From NCBI RefSeq assembly GCF_000196555.1, contig NC_015067.1:1530001-1562000 (forward strand): DNA of 32,000 nt, read 5' to 3'. Positions 31,501 to 32,000 of this stretch are shown one piece after another (position 1 is the stretch's first letter; each line of letters opens with the position of its first letter). The translations under genes and the position numbers were made by a program. The notes under the pieces were generated by a model. It was not told where the DNA came from, searched no databases, and saw only the letters and a list, made by a program, of their open reading frames with translations. Source of the DNA: Bifidobacterium longum subsp. longum JCM 1217 (GTDB taxonomy: Bacteria > Actinomycetota > Actinomycetes > Actinomycetales > Bifidobacteriaceae).

Positions 31501-31887
31501 CGAGTCACCAACCTGATTACGCAACGATTCATTATCATTCAGACACTTCGCTACGTAATTTCTCAGCGACATCATGCTGATTGATGGGCGAATGTACCTT
31601 CCATAATCCTGGTTGCCGATAATCGAGCTCATCATGCTTGCCAGAGAATGGACACCCACATTCATCCCCGGTTCCAGACGTTCGCGGAATTCCGGTCGGA
31701 CCATCGACTGCAGTACTTGCTTTTCCACATATGCGCGCAAGCTTGCCGGTGTCAGAATAACGAATCGCCCACGGCAACTATCCGGAAAATCTGCTTCCGT
31801 ACATCCGGCACCATCAGAAAGGACATGATCAATCAGGGCATGAATGTCATCACACCCTCGCTCGGGCCGTATCACCATGACACTCAT
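28582..31887 (-). CDS. addB: AddB/RexB-type nuclease subunit (inactivated motor, C-terminal PD-(D/E)XK nuclease)
   Basis: The 1101-aa gene lies directly upstream of addA, in the Firmicutes addB-addA order. The N-terminus RFVILTPASLRAYVEKQVL resembles AddB/RexB but has no Walker A. The C-terminal nuclease motifs are GTFYHAVLEHAV, GKVDRIDTV, VVLDYKSS and ELQLFTYASAA. A GGGGAGGG SD lies 6 nt upstream of the ATG at 31887. Confidence 0.8.
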   Translation of the reverse strand: MSVMVIRPERGCDDIHALIDHVLSDGAGCTEADFPDSCRGRFVILTPASLRAYVEKQVLQSMVRPEFRERLEPGMNVGVHSLASMMSSIIGNQDYGRYIRPSISMMSLRNYVAKCLNDNESLRNQVGDSFEAIDQFTKQIVELHNDGVSAEEVLALAAHQSNARLSVLGSLLQLVEQRLGKRYTFPGAAHETICAWAQRHGSNRWFYLYGFAHLNASEMRIVHTLAQYVHLTVMVGAGSDPDYLEALQRRDDGNRNTLSSIFASSASTSVCAMPDTTAEVRYAAASIKKFIADNPEISYGDVLVTSRDLGSYQAQIASEFTYQGIPINIAASSTMLDHPFADAILGLLDSATYELQPQSILRILRSGIFSRYLNLTPTAIDDIENQLNSNNPATVWIDTDIPFAAHLQKIRSLIQQAADVFRPRPSATVREALGGMVGFLTEYAQTIEGSAPVWTVIMNAFDDMVQQLGNDYFAEYVGIFARNLASTLAAQSIDSRPVSASAVDVLPMSSPLHPYRYVIVLGCSESQLPAIPHETGLLDDGERLDLSQFLTSQGKTLEAWNVLSGTVERRSGQEPLWFNGVVASATQQLSMTYPKSLRNAAQACSPYISQWETGTSDTSEIIGASKRAVPTVETEYRPLDRELAYRLFTRPDYVHRVYRTHGADPSISTRVFNASVSAIETYYRNPYEYFLKYGLKVNVANAFAFDAALEGTFYHAVLEHAVNAWIERHKNERDLNGLPPQPTATDMQELIADYSRLDRGCNQWTVLNEDPRMEVLRSSNRMRMIHRQLVDTLMDFAVDAAAQREALSSAQTMLTPTCVEQVFGNVGGTTGAWQSPYSGEQLIGRARDKEIPVALRINGKVDRIDTVIRDTNISRESAGIVVLDYKSSARTLFGKPSRNDGGRASNVYYGHELQLFTYASAAQHNSGMPVAGMFFLPIKPSATIRERIALNNQYNMLPSADDGSTSLFDEPSDDSSAQNMRIRNVWRGFDMPNSGVLIGESDETGIGIEQLSAEEFRGIADYVHGKIVGACQNILDGKLPVRPYRSLVDGRDGLAYSDVADIMAWDVLNSNIFEVETAVTLLELKEAALHMNNTSEGGKAW

Positions 31888-32000
31888 ACCTTACCCTCCC
31901 CAGTGAGTTGTATCTGTTCTCAGCATATAACTGACGCAACAAATATCCGGGACTTCGCGCATGACACTTTGCACTCTTACGCAAGCCTAGTGATTTCGTA

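Overview
This looks like a Bifidobacterium chromosome segment; from memory, the 16S V1-V2 region resembles the B. longum group. I could not run BLAST. The window has two parts.

(1) Positions 1-17292 are ordinary core DNA at about 60% GC. They carry hisC' (edge-truncated)-hisD, an acylphosphatase, an FGGY sugar kinase, an aldo/keto reductase and a complete minus-strand rrn operon (16S-23S-5S, no spacer tRNA). After that come a GNAT acetyltransferase, oleate hydratase (MCRA/ohyA), a DUF4186 protein and dnaE.

(2) From 17293 to the right edge the DNA is accessory and compositionally mosaic.
- An internally deleted, frameshifted ISL3 relic that keeps both terminal inverted repeats (17293-18064).
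- An approximately 40% GC plus-strand cassette of three tightly coupled genes: a 144-aa orphan, a nuclease-less DUF262 protein and a DUF262+DUF1524 GmrSD-like nuclease.
- A convergent 112-aa ORF.
- A frameshifted IS30 transposase 3' fragment.
- A co-directional minus-strand string at about 45-52% GC: addB (RexB-like, no Walker A, no Fe-S cysteines) - addA - a 142-aa protein - a 432-aa cysteine-rich orphan with no domain I recognise. The 142-aa protein is recognisably only the H7/T7-loop/C-terminal subdomain of FtsZ.

The best candidates for an undescribed system are the FtsZ-fragment + orphan pair (possibly working with the adjacent AddAB) and the three-gene DUF262 cassette.

All domain calls come from motif recognition by eye. 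rRNA ends are approximate to about 10-20 nt. GC values are hand counts on sample 60-nt lines.
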